Origin: a virus
Strand: one strand, 5' to 3'
DNA: 31,809 nucleotides
Virus record (IMG/VR): IMGVR_UViG_3300045988_016297
The first letter of the stretch is position 1, and every line of letters starts with the position of its first letter. Below are positions 9,435 through 18,456 of this stretch, piece after piece. The position numbers and the translations under genes are program-made. The notes below the pieces were generated by a model. It had not been told where the DNA came from and made no database searches. It was given only the letters and a program-made list of their open reading frames with translations.

Positions 9435-10004
9435 CTAAACTTGAGTAGGTTCATAGACCTTTTCGAACCATTTCTTATAAACTTCTTGATCATCCGCTGA
9501 TGTGATGGAACGTTTCACGACCTGATCACCGGGACGAGGACTGGCATTGAAGCTCAATTCACGTTCATTTACATTAGTTCCGTTCTTGGTAGATGATCCA
9601 CTTGATGGGCGACTTGCTGAACAGTAGTACATGACATGACGTGTTTTATTAGCGTCCCCGGCAAATTCAAACATAAGAGCAAAGTTGGTTGTCTTGGCAT
9701 CTGCTTTTTCTGTGATGACTCCTGTTGTAGTGTCTTTGATATCGCCCAAGATTTTTGTAGCGAATGCTTCAATAATGTGTGGGACTTTGAACTTACCTTC
9801 ATATCCCTCATTTGAATTGATGAAATGATAATCAATGTTATCAGCTTTCACTGAGCCAGAATCCCCTTTAGGGTCTAGCGTCAATTCCATTGCTCCCGGA
9901 AAACGGAAGACCGGTCCATAAGTGATCACTCCTGTTTCACTGATGGATTGGATTGGTGCCACATGGACATTTTCAAGTCCATAGGTAACTTTGTTTTCAG
10001 TCAT
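9435..10004 (-). CDS. Major tail protein
   Basis: The start is most likely the ATG at 10004 (MTENKVTYGLENVHVAP...), preceded by GAGGAGG; the track's TTG at 10019 lies inside that RBS. Its position is immediately upstream of the chaperone pair. The sequence resembles phi13-family major tail proteins. Confidence 0.85.
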   Translation of the reverse strand: MTENKVTYGLENVHVAPIQSISETGVITYGPVFRFPGAMELTLDPKGDSGSVKADNIDYHFINSNEGYEGKFKVPHIIEAFATKILGDIKDTTTGVITEKADAKTTNFALMFEFAGDANKTRHVMYYCSASRPSSGSSTKNGTNVNERELSFNASPRPGDQVVKRSITSADDQEVYKKWFEKVYEPTQV

Positions 10005-10015
10005 TTCTTTCCTCC

Positions 10016-10339
10016 TCAATATAGATAGACTTCATAAGACTTCACGAATAGTCTTTCTGATTCAATAAAATTTTCTTCTTGAACATCATAAAAGAGCTTG
10101 TGGCTATTCCACAGCTCTTCCAATCGTTCTTCTAATTCCTCATCTTTTCGTTCAAAGGCTAATTCCACAGTGACAGCACGGATCTTGTATGATGCTTGAT
10201 TGTCTGCTCCTGTGATTGTTGGTAAGCTTTCAAAATAGATGAGGTAAGGCAGTGAAGGGACATTACCTTCTCTAAATGCCTTATAAGTGACTGGCAACCC
10301 AGCTTGTTCCAAAATTTCTGCAAACTCTGACAGCTTCAT
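10016..10339 (-). CDS. Neck / tail-completion protein (107 aa)
   Basis: Overlapping, coupled ORF between the HK97-gp10-like gene and the major tail protein. The function is inferred from gene order only. Confidence 0.6.
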   Translation of the reverse strand: MKLSEFAEILEQAGLPVTYKAFREGNVPSLPYLIYFESLPTITGADNQASYKIRAVTVELAFERKDEELEERLEELWNSHKLFYDVQEENFIESERLFVKSYEVYLY

Positions 10340-10683
10340 TTTCCAAGCTCCTTCAATTTCTTTTCAAAATTCTCAATAGCGTGATCTTCTGCCGGCTTGA
10401 TGTGTACGATGCCGGAAACCCGTCCCCCGTTCCTTTTGATATGTCCAAATTCAAGCAAATGAGGGAGACGGTAATTTGTATTGTGTACTACAAAATTACC
10501 TTTCCCCATTTTCTTTTTCTTCCACGTTTTGGCATACTTTCCAAATCGTTTTGGACTTGTCGTTTTCAATTCTTGGACGGTCTCTTCTGCTGTTTCTTCT
10601 GCTATCTTGTCAACTTTCTCTTCAACTTCAGTGGAATACTCTGCTAATGCTTTAGCAATTTGACTGGCTAGATCTTGGCTCAT
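10336..10683 (-). CDS. Head-tail joining protein, HK97 gp10-like
   Basis: 115 aa with the characteristic ...NTNYRLPHLLEFGH... motif. It has 4-nt overlaps with both neighbouring genes. Confidence 0.7.
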   Translation of the reverse strand: MSQDLASQIAKALAEYSTEVEEKVDKIAEETAEETVQELKTTSPKRFGKYAKTWKKKKMGKGNFVVHNTNYRLPHLLEFGHIKRNGGRVSGIVHIKPAEDHAIENFEKKLKELGK

Positions 10684-10979
10684 GTCATTTTCTCCACTAA
10701 AGTCAATTCAAGGATGTTGAGGTTGATTGGATATGTCTTCAAAATCCGGTACTCTTTACCGCCAAATTCAGCAAACTCCTGATTGTCGTATTCAAAACTG
10801 TGAATGTCAACAATCAGATTTGGCCGGATGCCAGCCTGGTTGGCTTGGTAAAATTCGGACCGTGTAATAGATTTCTTTTTACAAAAAATTGTAGTCTTTA
10901 CTTTCTCAGTCAGATCTTGCTTGAGCTTGTCATTACCTGTAATTTTAAAACCTATCAATGTGATTTCATCATTCCACAT
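10680..10979 (-). CDS. Head closure / head-tail adaptor protein (about 100 aa)
   Basis: The real start is likely the ATG at 10979 (MWNDEITLIGF...), 1 nt after the upstream stop and preceded by GAGGTG. The track's longer 148-aa version would overlap the upstream gene by 147 nt. Confidence 0.7.
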   Translation of the reverse strand: MWNDEITLIGFKITGNDKLKQDLTEKVKTTIFCKKKSITRSEFYQANQAGIRPNLIVDIHSFEYDNQEFAEFGGKEYRILKTYPINLNILELTLVEKMT

Positions 10980-10980
10980 T

Positions 10981-11247
10981 TCACACCTCTTTCTTGGAAG
11001 AGATTTGCAGATTGTGCAAGCGCCATTGAAGGTGACGTGGTAGATCAACACCGCCTTCATAGCGATAAGCAGCAAAGTCAACAATGAACATTTCATGGTC
11101 AGCACGATCTGGAACCAATTCAACACCCAGATTGTTTGTTAATTCGCTGATGACGCTTGAGACAATCTTCTCCAGTGTTTTATCTCGCAAATTTGAAGCA
11201 ATTCCTAATTTGATTTTAAGTAATTCCACTAACTGACCATTGTCCAT
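10981..11247 (-). CDS. gp6-like head-tail connector (DNA-packaging/QLRG-type) protein
   Basis: 88 aa (MDNGQLVELLKIKLGI...RHLQWRLHNL). Size and position after the capsid module are typical. Confidence 0.65.
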   Translation of the reverse strand: MDNGQLVELLKIKLGIASNLRDKTLEKIVSSVISELTNNLGVELVPDRADHEMFIVDFAAYRYEGGVDLPRHLQWRLHNLQISSKKEV

Positions 11248-11248
11248 G

Positions 11249-11566
11249 CTATTCTTCCTCTTTCTTGGTTGCTTTCTTGCGTTTTGGTTTTTCTTCAGTG
11301 GTTTCTTCCACTTCTTCAGTGGTTTCTTCTGCTTTCTCAGCAGTTTCTTCCACTTCTTCAGCAGCCTCTTCTACTTTCTTAGTAGCTTTCTTTACTACTT
11401 CATCAGTGATGAAGATTGAACCTGCTGAGTTGAATCCTGTCAAGAGTCCTTTAACAAACTCTTGATCAGGTTCATACCCTTTGCGTGGGAACACATCATC
11501 AATTTGATATTCATGTTGTTCCGTGTCACGCATGTCCTTGAATGGACGGATTACTGTATAGGTCAT
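11249..11566 (-). CDS. Hypothetical head-module protein with an acidic repeat tail
   Basis: 105 aa. The C-terminus is KKVEEAAEEVEETAEKAEETTEEVEETTEEKPKRKKATKKEEE, encoded by imperfect tandem DNA repeats at about 11280-11400. It lies directly after the major capsid gene. Confidence 0.7.
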   Translation of the reverse strand: MTYTVIRPFKDMRDTEQHEYQIDDVFPRKGYEPDQEFVKGLLTGFNSAGSIFITDEVVKKATKKVEEAAEEVEETAEKAEETTEEVEETTEEKPKRKKATKKEEE

Positions 11567-11577
11567 GTGATACCTCC

Positions 11578-12750
11578 TTACGCTACAACATCAGTGTATG
11601 TGCCAAAGAATCCAGCAGCTTCATCTACTTTCTTGACATCAAGACGTAGGAAGAGCCCAAGCAATTGGCCATAGATGTCATTGTTAATCCATTTAACTGA
11701 TACTTGAAGACGGTCAAACAATTTAACGAATTCAGCAACATCTCCAATAAAGAACTTCATGTCACCTTCATTGCCAAATAGGGTGTCATCCACTGGATAA
11801 ATCTTTTTACCACCAAATGAATAGCCTGTAGGTGATGTAACATCTGGTTGAAGCATATATTTCCCATTTTTATCCTTGACCTTGTCAAGCGCTGCAAACA
11901 TTGATTGAGTTACAACAATACTTGCTTTGTAGATTGATTTTAATTTCTTGTTGTAGATGTCTTTGATGCCATCTAATCCAGCAGCATCTGCTGGAGTAGC
12001 TGTTTTGAGTACAGCAGTAATTAATGAAAGCTCAGTATTTTCACCTTGATTGACTACTTCATCTTCTACAATAGACATGATGTCGTAGTCTGCATCATCA
12101 ATCATTTCTTGAGACACAGGAATGTATCCACGGTAAGTCTTGATTGAGTAATCAATTTCACTGATCTTTGGTTTTCCAAGCTCAGGATTTGCTTTCAATT
12201 CATTAGTAGAAGCCATTTTCCCATCTGTCTTCTTGATAACTGGATATTTACCAGAACCACTATTCACTTGAACACGTTGGACAAGATCCAAGAGTGGATT
12301 GCGTGTCTTTTCAAGGAAGTGAGGTTTTAACACTTCAGTTGGGATCAAAGCAGCGCTTCCAGAGTCAGTTGTTTTAAGACCTTCAATGTCACGAGTTTGA
12401 CCAGTACGAATGAATTTAGCAATTGCGTCACGTTGTTCCAATTTCTTTCCTCCACGTTGCTCAACATCTTTGAATGTTGGGGCTTTCCGGTTTTGTTCAT
12501 CAACTTGTTTTTGAAGATCTTCAATTTCTTCTTCAAGTTTTGCTTTTTCTGCCTGCTTCTCTTCTAATTCTTTTTGAAGATCTTCAAGGCTCTTTTCAAC
12601 TGCTGAAACTTCTTCCTCAGTTTCAGCACGGTCCAATTTTTCTGCTTCGATTACTGAACGGTTGTTCAATTCTTCAATTGCTTCTTCCAATTCAACAATC
12701 TTGTTTGCTTTAGTGCGCATACGTGCGCCCAGAATCAATGCTTTGTTCAT
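11578..12750 (-). CDS. Major capsid protein, HK97 family (with an N-terminal coiled-coil delta/scaffold domain)
   Basis: 390 aa with a Glu/Lys-rich coiled-coil N-terminus followed by the capsid fold region. It comes immediately after the prohead protease with an ATGA overlap. Confidence 0.9.
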   Translation of the reverse strand: MNKALILGARMRTKANKIVELEEAIEELNNRSVIEAEKLDRAETEEEVSAVEKSLEDLQKELEEKQAEKAKLEEEIEDLQKQVDEQNRKAPTFKDVEQRGGKKLEQRDAIAKFIRTGQTRDIEGLKTTDSGSAALIPTEVLKPHFLEKTRNPLLDLVQRVQVNSGSGKYPVIKKTDGKMASTNELKANPELGKPKISEIDYSIKTYRGYIPVSQEMIDDADYDIMSIVEDEVVNQGENTELSLITAVLKTATPADAAGLDGIKDIYNKKLKSIYKASIVVTQSMFAALDKVKDKNGKYMLQPDVTSPTGYSFGGKKIYPVDDTLFGNEGDMKFFIGDVAEFVKLFDRLQVSVKWINNDIYGQLLGLFLRLDVKKVDEAAGFFGTYTDVVA

Positions 12751-13331
12751 AGATTGTATTTCTCCTTAATTTTCATTTTGCGTTCATTTAACGCTTCACT
12801 ATTAGCACGTTTCAGACATTCAAAGTCTTTCTTGCGTGCAGCAATTTCAGTCTGTGGATATGCTGGGAACGTGCAAGGACTGACTTCAAAGATTTCAAGT
12901 TCTAGCACTGTATCAAGATAGGAACCATCTTCACGCTCAATAGTGTCCACCTTAATAGGCATGAATCCAAAACTGCATCCAACAATATCCCCACGCTGTA
13001 CACGGGCATAGGCTCCCATAGCGTCAGGATCATTCCTGTTGATGATAATGTCACCATAGAGGCCTTTGTCATCAACTTTGAGACTCACTGTGCTGTTTCC
13101 TGTGCGCCCTAAAACTAGGTTATGATCATGATTGAATAATGCACGGATATCAGCATTTTTGATTGCTTCTTCCACTCCTGCACGTTTGATCACTTCAAAA
13201 TAGCCTGGCCACAGCTCAGTTTCTTCATCGAACCGGATGAAGTAGCCACTCAGGATCAAGTCACCAGATTCTTGTTCTTCTCGTGTCTCAAATTGAGTAG
13301 CGATGTAGGAATTACGTTTCTTCACTGGCAT
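12747..13331 (-). CDS. Prohead (capsid maturation) protease, HK97 / S78 family
   Basis: 194 aa containing ...RALFNHDHNLVLGRTGN...GDIVGCSFGF.... It sits between the portal and capsid genes. Confidence 0.88.
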   Translation of the reverse strand: MPVKKRNSYIATQFETREEQESGDLILSGYFIRFDEETELWPGYFEVIKRAGVEEAIKNADIRALFNHDHNLVLGRTGNSTVSLKVDDKGLYGDIIINRNDPDAMGAYARVQRGDIVGCSFGFMPIKVDTIEREDGSYLDTVLELEIFEVSPCTFPAYPQTEIAARKKDFECLKRANSEALNERKMKIKEKYNL

Positions 13332-14514
13332 TTCCTCCTTCCTTATTTAGTTTGTTCTGATTGCCTAACTCGCCTTGTGGCAGATAGTTTTCAAGAACAA
13401 TAATTTCATCCATTTCAGGATCTGGAGTCATACCAACCCAATCTCTCCACTCATTTCTACGCATTGCAGCACTGTTTGTCATTTGTTGAGCGACAGTTGA
13501 AAGCTCTGTGATGTCGTATGAATACAATGAGCGTGGATTGAATTTAAAGTAGCGTGTGGTTGAAGTCAGTAGGTCCCTTGTAAGCGTTTGAGTGATCGTT
13601 GTGGCGATGCTCATGATGGTTGTGTTCACAAAGTTGTTGTATTCTTCTTTGTTGAAATCTCCCACCCCCAAAACAAAAGCCGGAACTCCTAACATTCCAG
13701 CCACTGTTTTCTTATCAATTTCTACCGACTCATTCAAAGCGATGTCATTCAAACTTAATGGCTTCACTTGTTCCACTTCCAGCAAAGCTTCTGGAACAAT
13801 CCAAGGTTCACCGGACTGTCTTGTGGTCAGATATTTCTTAGCGATTTTCTCACGGCCTTCCACTGTTCCAAGTTCCTCACTTGATGAATCCACCTTGATA
13901 ACAAGGCTTGGAATGTTTTTTCCATTCATGAAGCCTTTCTTGGTCTGTGTAGCCATGTTCAAATTGCGAACAATATCTTTCAAAGCAAATCTAAAACCGG
14001 TCCCAATATAAGGCCGGTCTGGATCTGGATTGATGGCAAAGTGGACCACTTCATCTGGATTGAAATCAGTGTCCCTAAAATGGATCATGTATGTCAGATC
14101 ATTACTTTTGAATGACACTTCTGACATTGGGAACGGTCTGAGATTGCTGATGTAATCAGTCATCGGATCATATTCTACATGTAGCACAGAATTCCCATCG
14201 CCATATAGAAGTAAATCCCGGACAATCTTGAAGATCCATGATTTCCTTGTCATGTGATCGCAAGGGTTGATGTCAATCTTACGGGCCAGACCGTCCTTGA
14301 TTCTTACATCACCAGATTCTGTGTTTTCCATTAGCTGAATTGTCATGTTTGAAACCATATCAGCAATTTTATTGACAGCCATGATCACATCTGGATTCCT
14401 TGCTAATGGAATGTAGCCATCACCGTCATACATGATGCCAAGATCTGAATTTCCAAAGCTTGTGAACATCGTTTGAGATTTTCCACGCTTGAATAATTTG
14501 TCAAAGATTCCCAT
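13312..14514 (-). CDS. Portal protein, HK97 family
   Basis: About 400 aa after terL. The likely start is the ATG at 14514 (MGIFDKLF), with AAAGGAGGTG upstream; the track's GTG at 14523 lies in that RBS. Confidence 0.9.
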   Translation of the reverse strand: MGIFDKLFKRGKSQTMFTSFGNSDLGIMYDGDGYIPLARNPDVIMAVNKIADMVSNMTIQLMENTESGDVRIKDGLARKIDINPCDHMTRKSWIFKIVRDLLLYGDGNSVLHVEYDPMTDYISNLRPFPMSEVSFKSNDLTYMIHFRDTDFNPDEVVHFAINPDPDRPYIGTGFRFALKDIVRNLNMATQTKKGFMNGKNIPSLVIKVDSSSEELGTVEGREKIAKKYLTTRQSGEPWIVPEALLEVEQVKPLSLNDIALNESVEIDKKTVAGMLGVPAFVLGVGDFNKEEYNNFVNTTIMSIATTITQTLTRDLLTSTTRYFKFNPRSLYSYDITELSTVAQQMTNSAAMRRNEWRDWVGMTPDPEMDEIIVLENYLPQGELGNQNKLNKEGGNASEET

Positions 14515-14534
14515 ATTTCTCACCTCCTTTCTAC

Positions 14535-16310
14535 TTAATCAAAGTAAGCCATCACATTCTTATTCTTACCAAGGTTAGAAAGCGCCTGAATACAAGCGAA
14601 AACACTCGCATCAAACAAGTCAATTCTTGCTGTACCGCCATCCCCGTCCAATTTCTCATACTGGACAGCATCATCTACTTTCTCAATGGCTCTGACATTG
14701 CTGACACAATACTCATAAGCGTCCGAATGCACATAATAGAATTCTTTATTCTTCACTTTCAATTCAATTCTTCTGAATCCCTCTGATTTCAAATAGAATA
14801 GCTGAGGCTGGTCAATCATTTTGAATTTAGCTTGCTTCATTTTTAGCATGAACTCTCTACCAAATTTCCTGTCCATACCGACAGCAGCAATTTTGAAGCC
14901 CTTCTTTCTCATCTCTATGAACCATTTAACAATGTCATCATAGAGGACTGTTGGAGTGTTGCTCATAGTCAGCCATCCATCTGATTGCCACCCAAAAAGT
15001 GGGATGCCATCATCATTGGCTTTCTTTTGAGCATTGACACGAGGGAAGAAAGCGTGTGTGATACAAATATCAACATCTTTTTCCCCGTCATTGTACACAC
15101 CATAAAGAGCAGCAGCGGTCAAGTCATGCAGCCTTGAAAGGTCAGCCCCTCCATACCATCGAATAGGAAGCCTTGCAAGCTCCTCAATAGTCCAGTCATA
15201 ACAGTCATCACTAGCAATAAACTCATCAGGATTGAAATAAGCGTTCATTGAGTTGGTGAAGACATTCAGTGTCTTATTGAAGAACTCATTCCTAGTCTGT
15301 GGATCATTCAATGCCTGTTCTGCTTCAGCTCTCAAAGCAGGCATGGACACCGTGACACCCCAAGACGGATTTGCCATCTTCAAAACATTATCATCAAGAT
15401 AGTCACCAACATCGCCATCCGTTGTCTGATTGGCTTTACAAATAAAGATAAATAAAGCCTCATCCTGTACCAACTGCTTAAGCACTTTCTGACAGTATTT
15501 CAAACGGTTAGCAAGAAATCCAGTGGGAATATCACCAGCAGTTGAGATAACAAAAAGCATACTGTTTCGGTATGCTGACATTGTTTTCTTCATAAGACCA
15601 TACTTCTTACTGTTCCTCATCGTGTGAGCTTCATCAATGACCGTGACATTTCCATTGAGAGAGTCCAAACGGCTTTCATCGTTGGCCAAAGCCTGAATAT
15701 AGAATGACCCATCATCTCCAAAATTAGCTGTGATAGAGTGTTCTTGGTTATTGTCTTTGATACGGATAGATTTGTCATTCCATCGTTCTACGTTGAACTT
15801 GATGAAATTAAAGGCTTCCAGCGCTTGCTTGACAGAGTTGGCTACGATATAGCATTTTGAACCACTATCAGCATCCAAAATCTGATAAAGCAGAGCAATA
15901 GCAGCAGTAAAACTGGTCTTGCCGTTTTTCCGTGCCAGCATTATCAAGGCTTCCTTAAATCTACGCTCATTCGTACCAGCGTGATAGAACCCAAAGAGAT
16001 TGACAACTGTGAAATGTTGCCACGGTTGCAAAATCAAAGGCTTATTACGGATAGACATGGCAAACATGTCATCTCCTTGTTGATGAACAATAGAGTTCTC
16101 AATGAAGTGAACTGCAAAATCAACTATATCCTCATCAAGCTCATATGCTGGATTTTCTAAATCCCTCAAAAAGCGTTCAGCAGCCAAAATCCGTTCTTCG
16201 TTATGTTCCTCTTGATAGTTCAGGACATAACCAACATAGGCTTTAGCTTTTCCAAGATTGGTTGTAGCGTGGCGAAAATCGGCAAAACGTTTTTCAAAGT
16301 CTTTATCCAT
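14535..16310 (-). CDS. terL: Terminase large subunit (Terminase_1 type)
   Basis: 591 aa. It has a Walker-A-like ARKNGKTS motif and the typical C-terminal nuclease region. It overlaps the terS 3' end. Confidence 0.93.
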   Translation of the reverse strand: MDKDFEKRFADFRHATTNLGKAKAYVGYVLNYQEEHNEERILAAERFLRDLENPAYELDEDIVDFAVHFIENSIVHQQGDDMFAMSIRNKPLILQPWQHFTVVNLFGFYHAGTNERRFKEALIMLARKNGKTSFTAAIALLYQILDADSGSKCYIVANSVKQALEAFNFIKFNVERWNDKSIRIKDNNQEHSITANFGDDGSFYIQALANDESRLDSLNGNVTVIDEAHTMRNSKKYGLMKKTMSAYRNSMLFVISTAGDIPTGFLANRLKYCQKVLKQLVQDEALFIFICKANQTTDGDVGDYLDDNVLKMANPSWGVTVSMPALRAEAEQALNDPQTRNEFFNKTLNVFTNSMNAYFNPDEFIASDDCYDWTIEELARLPIRWYGGADLSRLHDLTAAALYGVYNDGEKDVDICITHAFFPRVNAQKKANDDGIPLFGWQSDGWLTMSNTPTVLYDDIVKWFIEMRKKGFKIAAVGMDRKFGREFMLKMKQAKFKMIDQPQLFYLKSEGFRRIELKVKNKEFYYVHSDAYEYCVSNVRAIEKVDDAVQYEKLDGDGGTARIDLFDASVFACIQALSNLGKNKNVMAYFD

Positions 16311-16692
16311 CTTTCACTCGCCTCTTTTTCAGTTCATTTTTAAACTTCAGAACCTCTGTGAGAACTGATCCATTATCTTGCTCTACCACTTCACCCAATG
16401 ATTTAGGATTCATCATCAGTTGATTGGAATAGCTGAGTATGTCTTTCCGTAGAATTTCCATCGCTGTCAGGATGGGGACCTTACGTTCATTCTCAGCTCC
16501 TGCCTTGTTCACATAGACATCTGTGACAGGATAGCCCATGTCAGCATAATTCTGAGCAAGTTTCTGATACTGATAGAGCATACCTGCAAAGATATCAATG
16601 ATCATGTCAAATTCTTTGCGATAGGTTCCAAGCTCTTTCATCTGTTTGATGATTTTTGACTTTATTGATTTAGCTGTTATTGGTTTTGCCAA
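16303..16692 (-). CDS. terS: Terminase small subunit (P27 family)
   Basis: 129 aa. It uses a TTG start 8 nt after a strong GGAAGGAGG RBS. It lies between the cos region and terL, downstream of HNH, which is the typical cos/HNH packaging trio. Confidence 0.85.
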   Translation of the reverse strand: MAKPITAKSIKSKIIKQMKELGTYRKEFDMIIDIFAGMLYQYQKLAQNYADMGYPVTDVYVNKAGAENERKVPILTAMEILRKDILSYSNQLMMNPKSLGEVVEQDNGSVLTEVLKFKNELKKRRVKDG

Positions 16693-16715
16693 AAACTAGG
16701 CCTCCTTCCTGAAAT

Positions 16716-16862
16716 CCCTTTAGTTTTTATCCCCTTTTTGTCTGGAGGCCCCCGACTTGGAAAAAGTTCCCTTCACCGGTTCCCAGACGCTTTAAAAAAA
16801 TTTTTTTCGATGGGGGGGATAATCGAAAAAATCAAAAATTGAAAAATTGAAAAATTCGATTT
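16716..16862. other. Putative cos / terminase recognition region
   Basis: Non-coding gap between HNH and terS. A locally GC-rich core (tctggaggcccccgacttgg...ccggttcccagacgc, with GTCTGG/CCAGAC inverted) sits in an AT-rich genome. There is an A7T7 palindrome at 16794-16807. A 10-bp inverted repeat, TTTTTTCGAT/ATCGAAAAAA, flanks a G7 run at 16802-16831. Three tandem (G/C)AAAAATT units lie at 16832-16856. Confidence 0.6.
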
Positions 16863-17195
16863 TTACAAAATTTCGTTTTTTTGATTTTTGTAAAAATTCA
16901 AAAATTCCTTTTTTCGTTTCTTTTGCCAAAAAATTCCTTGACCAATAACTTTATCATTTGTTCTGTCATGAAAAGTATTGTGTCGCTTGTTAGTTAGAGG
17001 CAAGCAATTCCATTCTTGAAATTCTAGCTCAGGAAATTCTGACACAGGAAAAATATGGTGAACCATTTCAGCCGGTTCTGATATTCCATATCTCAAACTC
17101 TCTTGACATAGATAATTATATTTTCTTAGAATCTTATCCCGGAACTTCTCCCACTTCTTTGTCTTCAAAGAAGGTCTGACAATTTTGTTATACAT
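16863..17195 (-). CDS. HNH endonuclease (packaging-associated)
   Basis: 110 aa with ..MVHHIFPVSEFPE...NCLPLTNKRHNTFH.. (H-N-H). GAGGAGG RBS. It lies immediately upstream of cos/terS. Confidence 0.88.
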   Translation of the reverse strand: MYNKIVRPSLKTKKWEKFRDKILRKYNYLCQESLRYGISEPAEMVHHIFPVSEFPELEFQEWNCLPLTNKRHNTFHDRTNDKVIGQGIFWQKKRKKEFLNFYKNQKNEIL

Positions 17196-17208
17196 TTAAT
17201 CCTCCTCA

Positions 17209-17242
17209 CACAAAAAGGACAGACCAAACTAGTTGGCTGTCC
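17209..17242 (-). terminator. Rho-independent terminator, 14 nt upstream of the HNH start codon and abutting its RBS
   Basis: The minus-strand RNA reads GGACAGCCAACUAGUUUGGUCUGUCC. That forms 6 bp plus 4 bp with a single-U bulge and a 5-nt loop, followed by UUUUUGUGUG. Confidence 0.75.
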
Positions 17243-17265
17243 CCCTCATACTCGAAAGCTATGCT

Positions 17266-17311
17266 ATCATAATATTTTATTTTATGTAAGAAAACAAGAG
17301 CTTATTTTCTC
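17266..17311 (-). promoter_or_regulatory. Left copy of the duplicated hairpin + promoter element (putative late promoter)
   Basis: 38/46 identical to 19164-19209 with no gaps. On the minus strand: inverted repeat GAGAAAA-N10-TTTTCTT, then -35 TTGTTT (17292-17297), a 17-nt spacer and -10 TATTAT (17269-17274). Confidence 0.55.
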
Positions 17312-17316
17312 ATCTT

Positions 17317-17604
17317 TCAATCTGTCTTAAAATTATCACCAATCTTAAAATGTTCAAAATCTTTTTTGCTCACCTTAAAATCTTCCTCAATAGTTTTGTT
17401 TCCTGATTTTCCTTTAACGGTTATAAAATATTTTCTATCGGTTTCCATTGGAACTAGCACCGTTGTCTTTCCAGATGAAATTGGCATCAATATCATTTTT
17501 GGTTCTTCGATATATTTATCAGTGATGGTTCCACTTGAAATCTTATGGCATGATGCTAGTAATATTCCAAAAGCTAAAATACATAAAATTTTAAAATACC
17601 GCAT
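17317..17604 (-). CDS. Small lipoprotein (95 aa precursor)
   Basis: MRYFKILCILAFGILLASC: a signal peptide with an L-A-S-C lipobox. ATG at 17604 with GAGGAA upstream; the track's first M is a GTG. It is the last gene before the terminator. Confidence 0.75.
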   Translation of the reverse strand: MRYFKILCILAFGILLASCHKISSGTITDKYIEEPKMILMPISSGKTTVLVPMETDRKYFITVKGKSGNKTIEEDFKVSKKDFEHFKIGDNFKTD

Positions 17605-17798
17605 CACTCTGCTTCCTCAGTTTCTTCAATGATGAATGCTAATAATTCTCTAGGGTTAATATAGAGGTTGTTAATACGCATTAGATGGCCATCATTAAAC
17701 TGGCTAGCTAAACGGTCAATATCTGATTGTTTCACACCAAAAGACTCAGCGGTCTTATTGTTTGTTAAACGAAAAATGATTTTATTTATAGCCATCAT
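17604..17798 (-). CDS. Hypothetical protein (64 aa)
   Basis: ATGA-coupled to the upstream gene. GAGGAG RBS. No recognisable motif. Confidence 0.65.
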   Translation of the reverse strand: MMAINKIIFRLTNNKTAESFGVKQSDIDRLASQFNDGHLMRINNLYINPRELLAFIIEETEEAE

Positions 17799-18316
17799 TC
17801 TATCTCCTCTATTTCAATTCCTTCACAATCAAAGACCCAACCAAACCCGGATTCTTCTAATTGCCATTTTGTAAGTCTTGAAAAGATTCTGGTGTCACCA
17901 AAAAAGATTGTGTCTTCATCAGGATTTCTCAAGAGGTATTGTCCAGATGATTTTAATTTTATTTTATAGCACTTTTCTTCTTCTACATCATATCCGAACT
18001 GTAACATATTAATTAGTGTTCTGATAGGATTTTGTGTCTCTCCAAACCATATTTCGAATTCACTGAATTCGGTTATTGAGGCGATTCTTCCGCCTGATAC
18101 AACAACTTGACAAATGCTTTTATCTAAATCATGTTTATGTTCCTCAAACCATTTTGCAACATATCGTTTCACAGTTGGTTTGAATCCTGTGTAAATCATG
18201 GACTCCGGAATTGAAACGGTAAGTCTGTTTTCCAGTTGAACTACAGACCTATCATCTCTCTTGTCATTTTTATCTTTCCCGAAAACCTTCACTTTTATTA
18301 TTCCATCTTTTAGCAT
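17795..18316 (-). CDS. DUF1642-like phage protein (paralog 1, intact)
   Basis: The likely start is the ATG at 18316 (MLKDGIIKV), after GAGGGGGAG. It shares ...P I(R/K) T L I N M (L/K) Q F G Y ...EK.Y... and a C-terminal ..GFGWVFDC.GIE.EE.E with the 20505-21031 locus. Confidence 0.7.
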   Translation of the reverse strand: MLKDGIIKVKVFGKDKNDKRDDRSVVQLENRLTVSIPESMIYTGFKPTVKRYVAKWFEEHKHDLDKSICQVVVSGGRIASITEFSEFEIWFGETQNPIRTLINMLQFGYDVEEEKCYKIKLKSSGQYLLRNPDEDTIFFGDTRIFSRLTKWQLEESGFGWVFDCEGIEIEEIE

Positions 18317-18456
18317 GTTTCTCCCCCTCACTTTCACATATCTTATATTTTGTTAAGCTCGCCTTGTTTCTGAAATCCTTTTAGGATATAGCTTTCATTC
18401 GTTTCTCTTTTTCTAGCTTATGCCTAACTCATTATGTTAATGTCAAAATTATAAAA

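Noticed and set aside
10980-11126. N-terminal extension of the head-closure ORF (148-aa version)
   Set aside because: The extension overlaps the upstream connector gene by 147 nt and translates to improbable hydrophobic sequence. An ATG at 10979 with GAGGTG just upstream gives a standard 100-aa protein.
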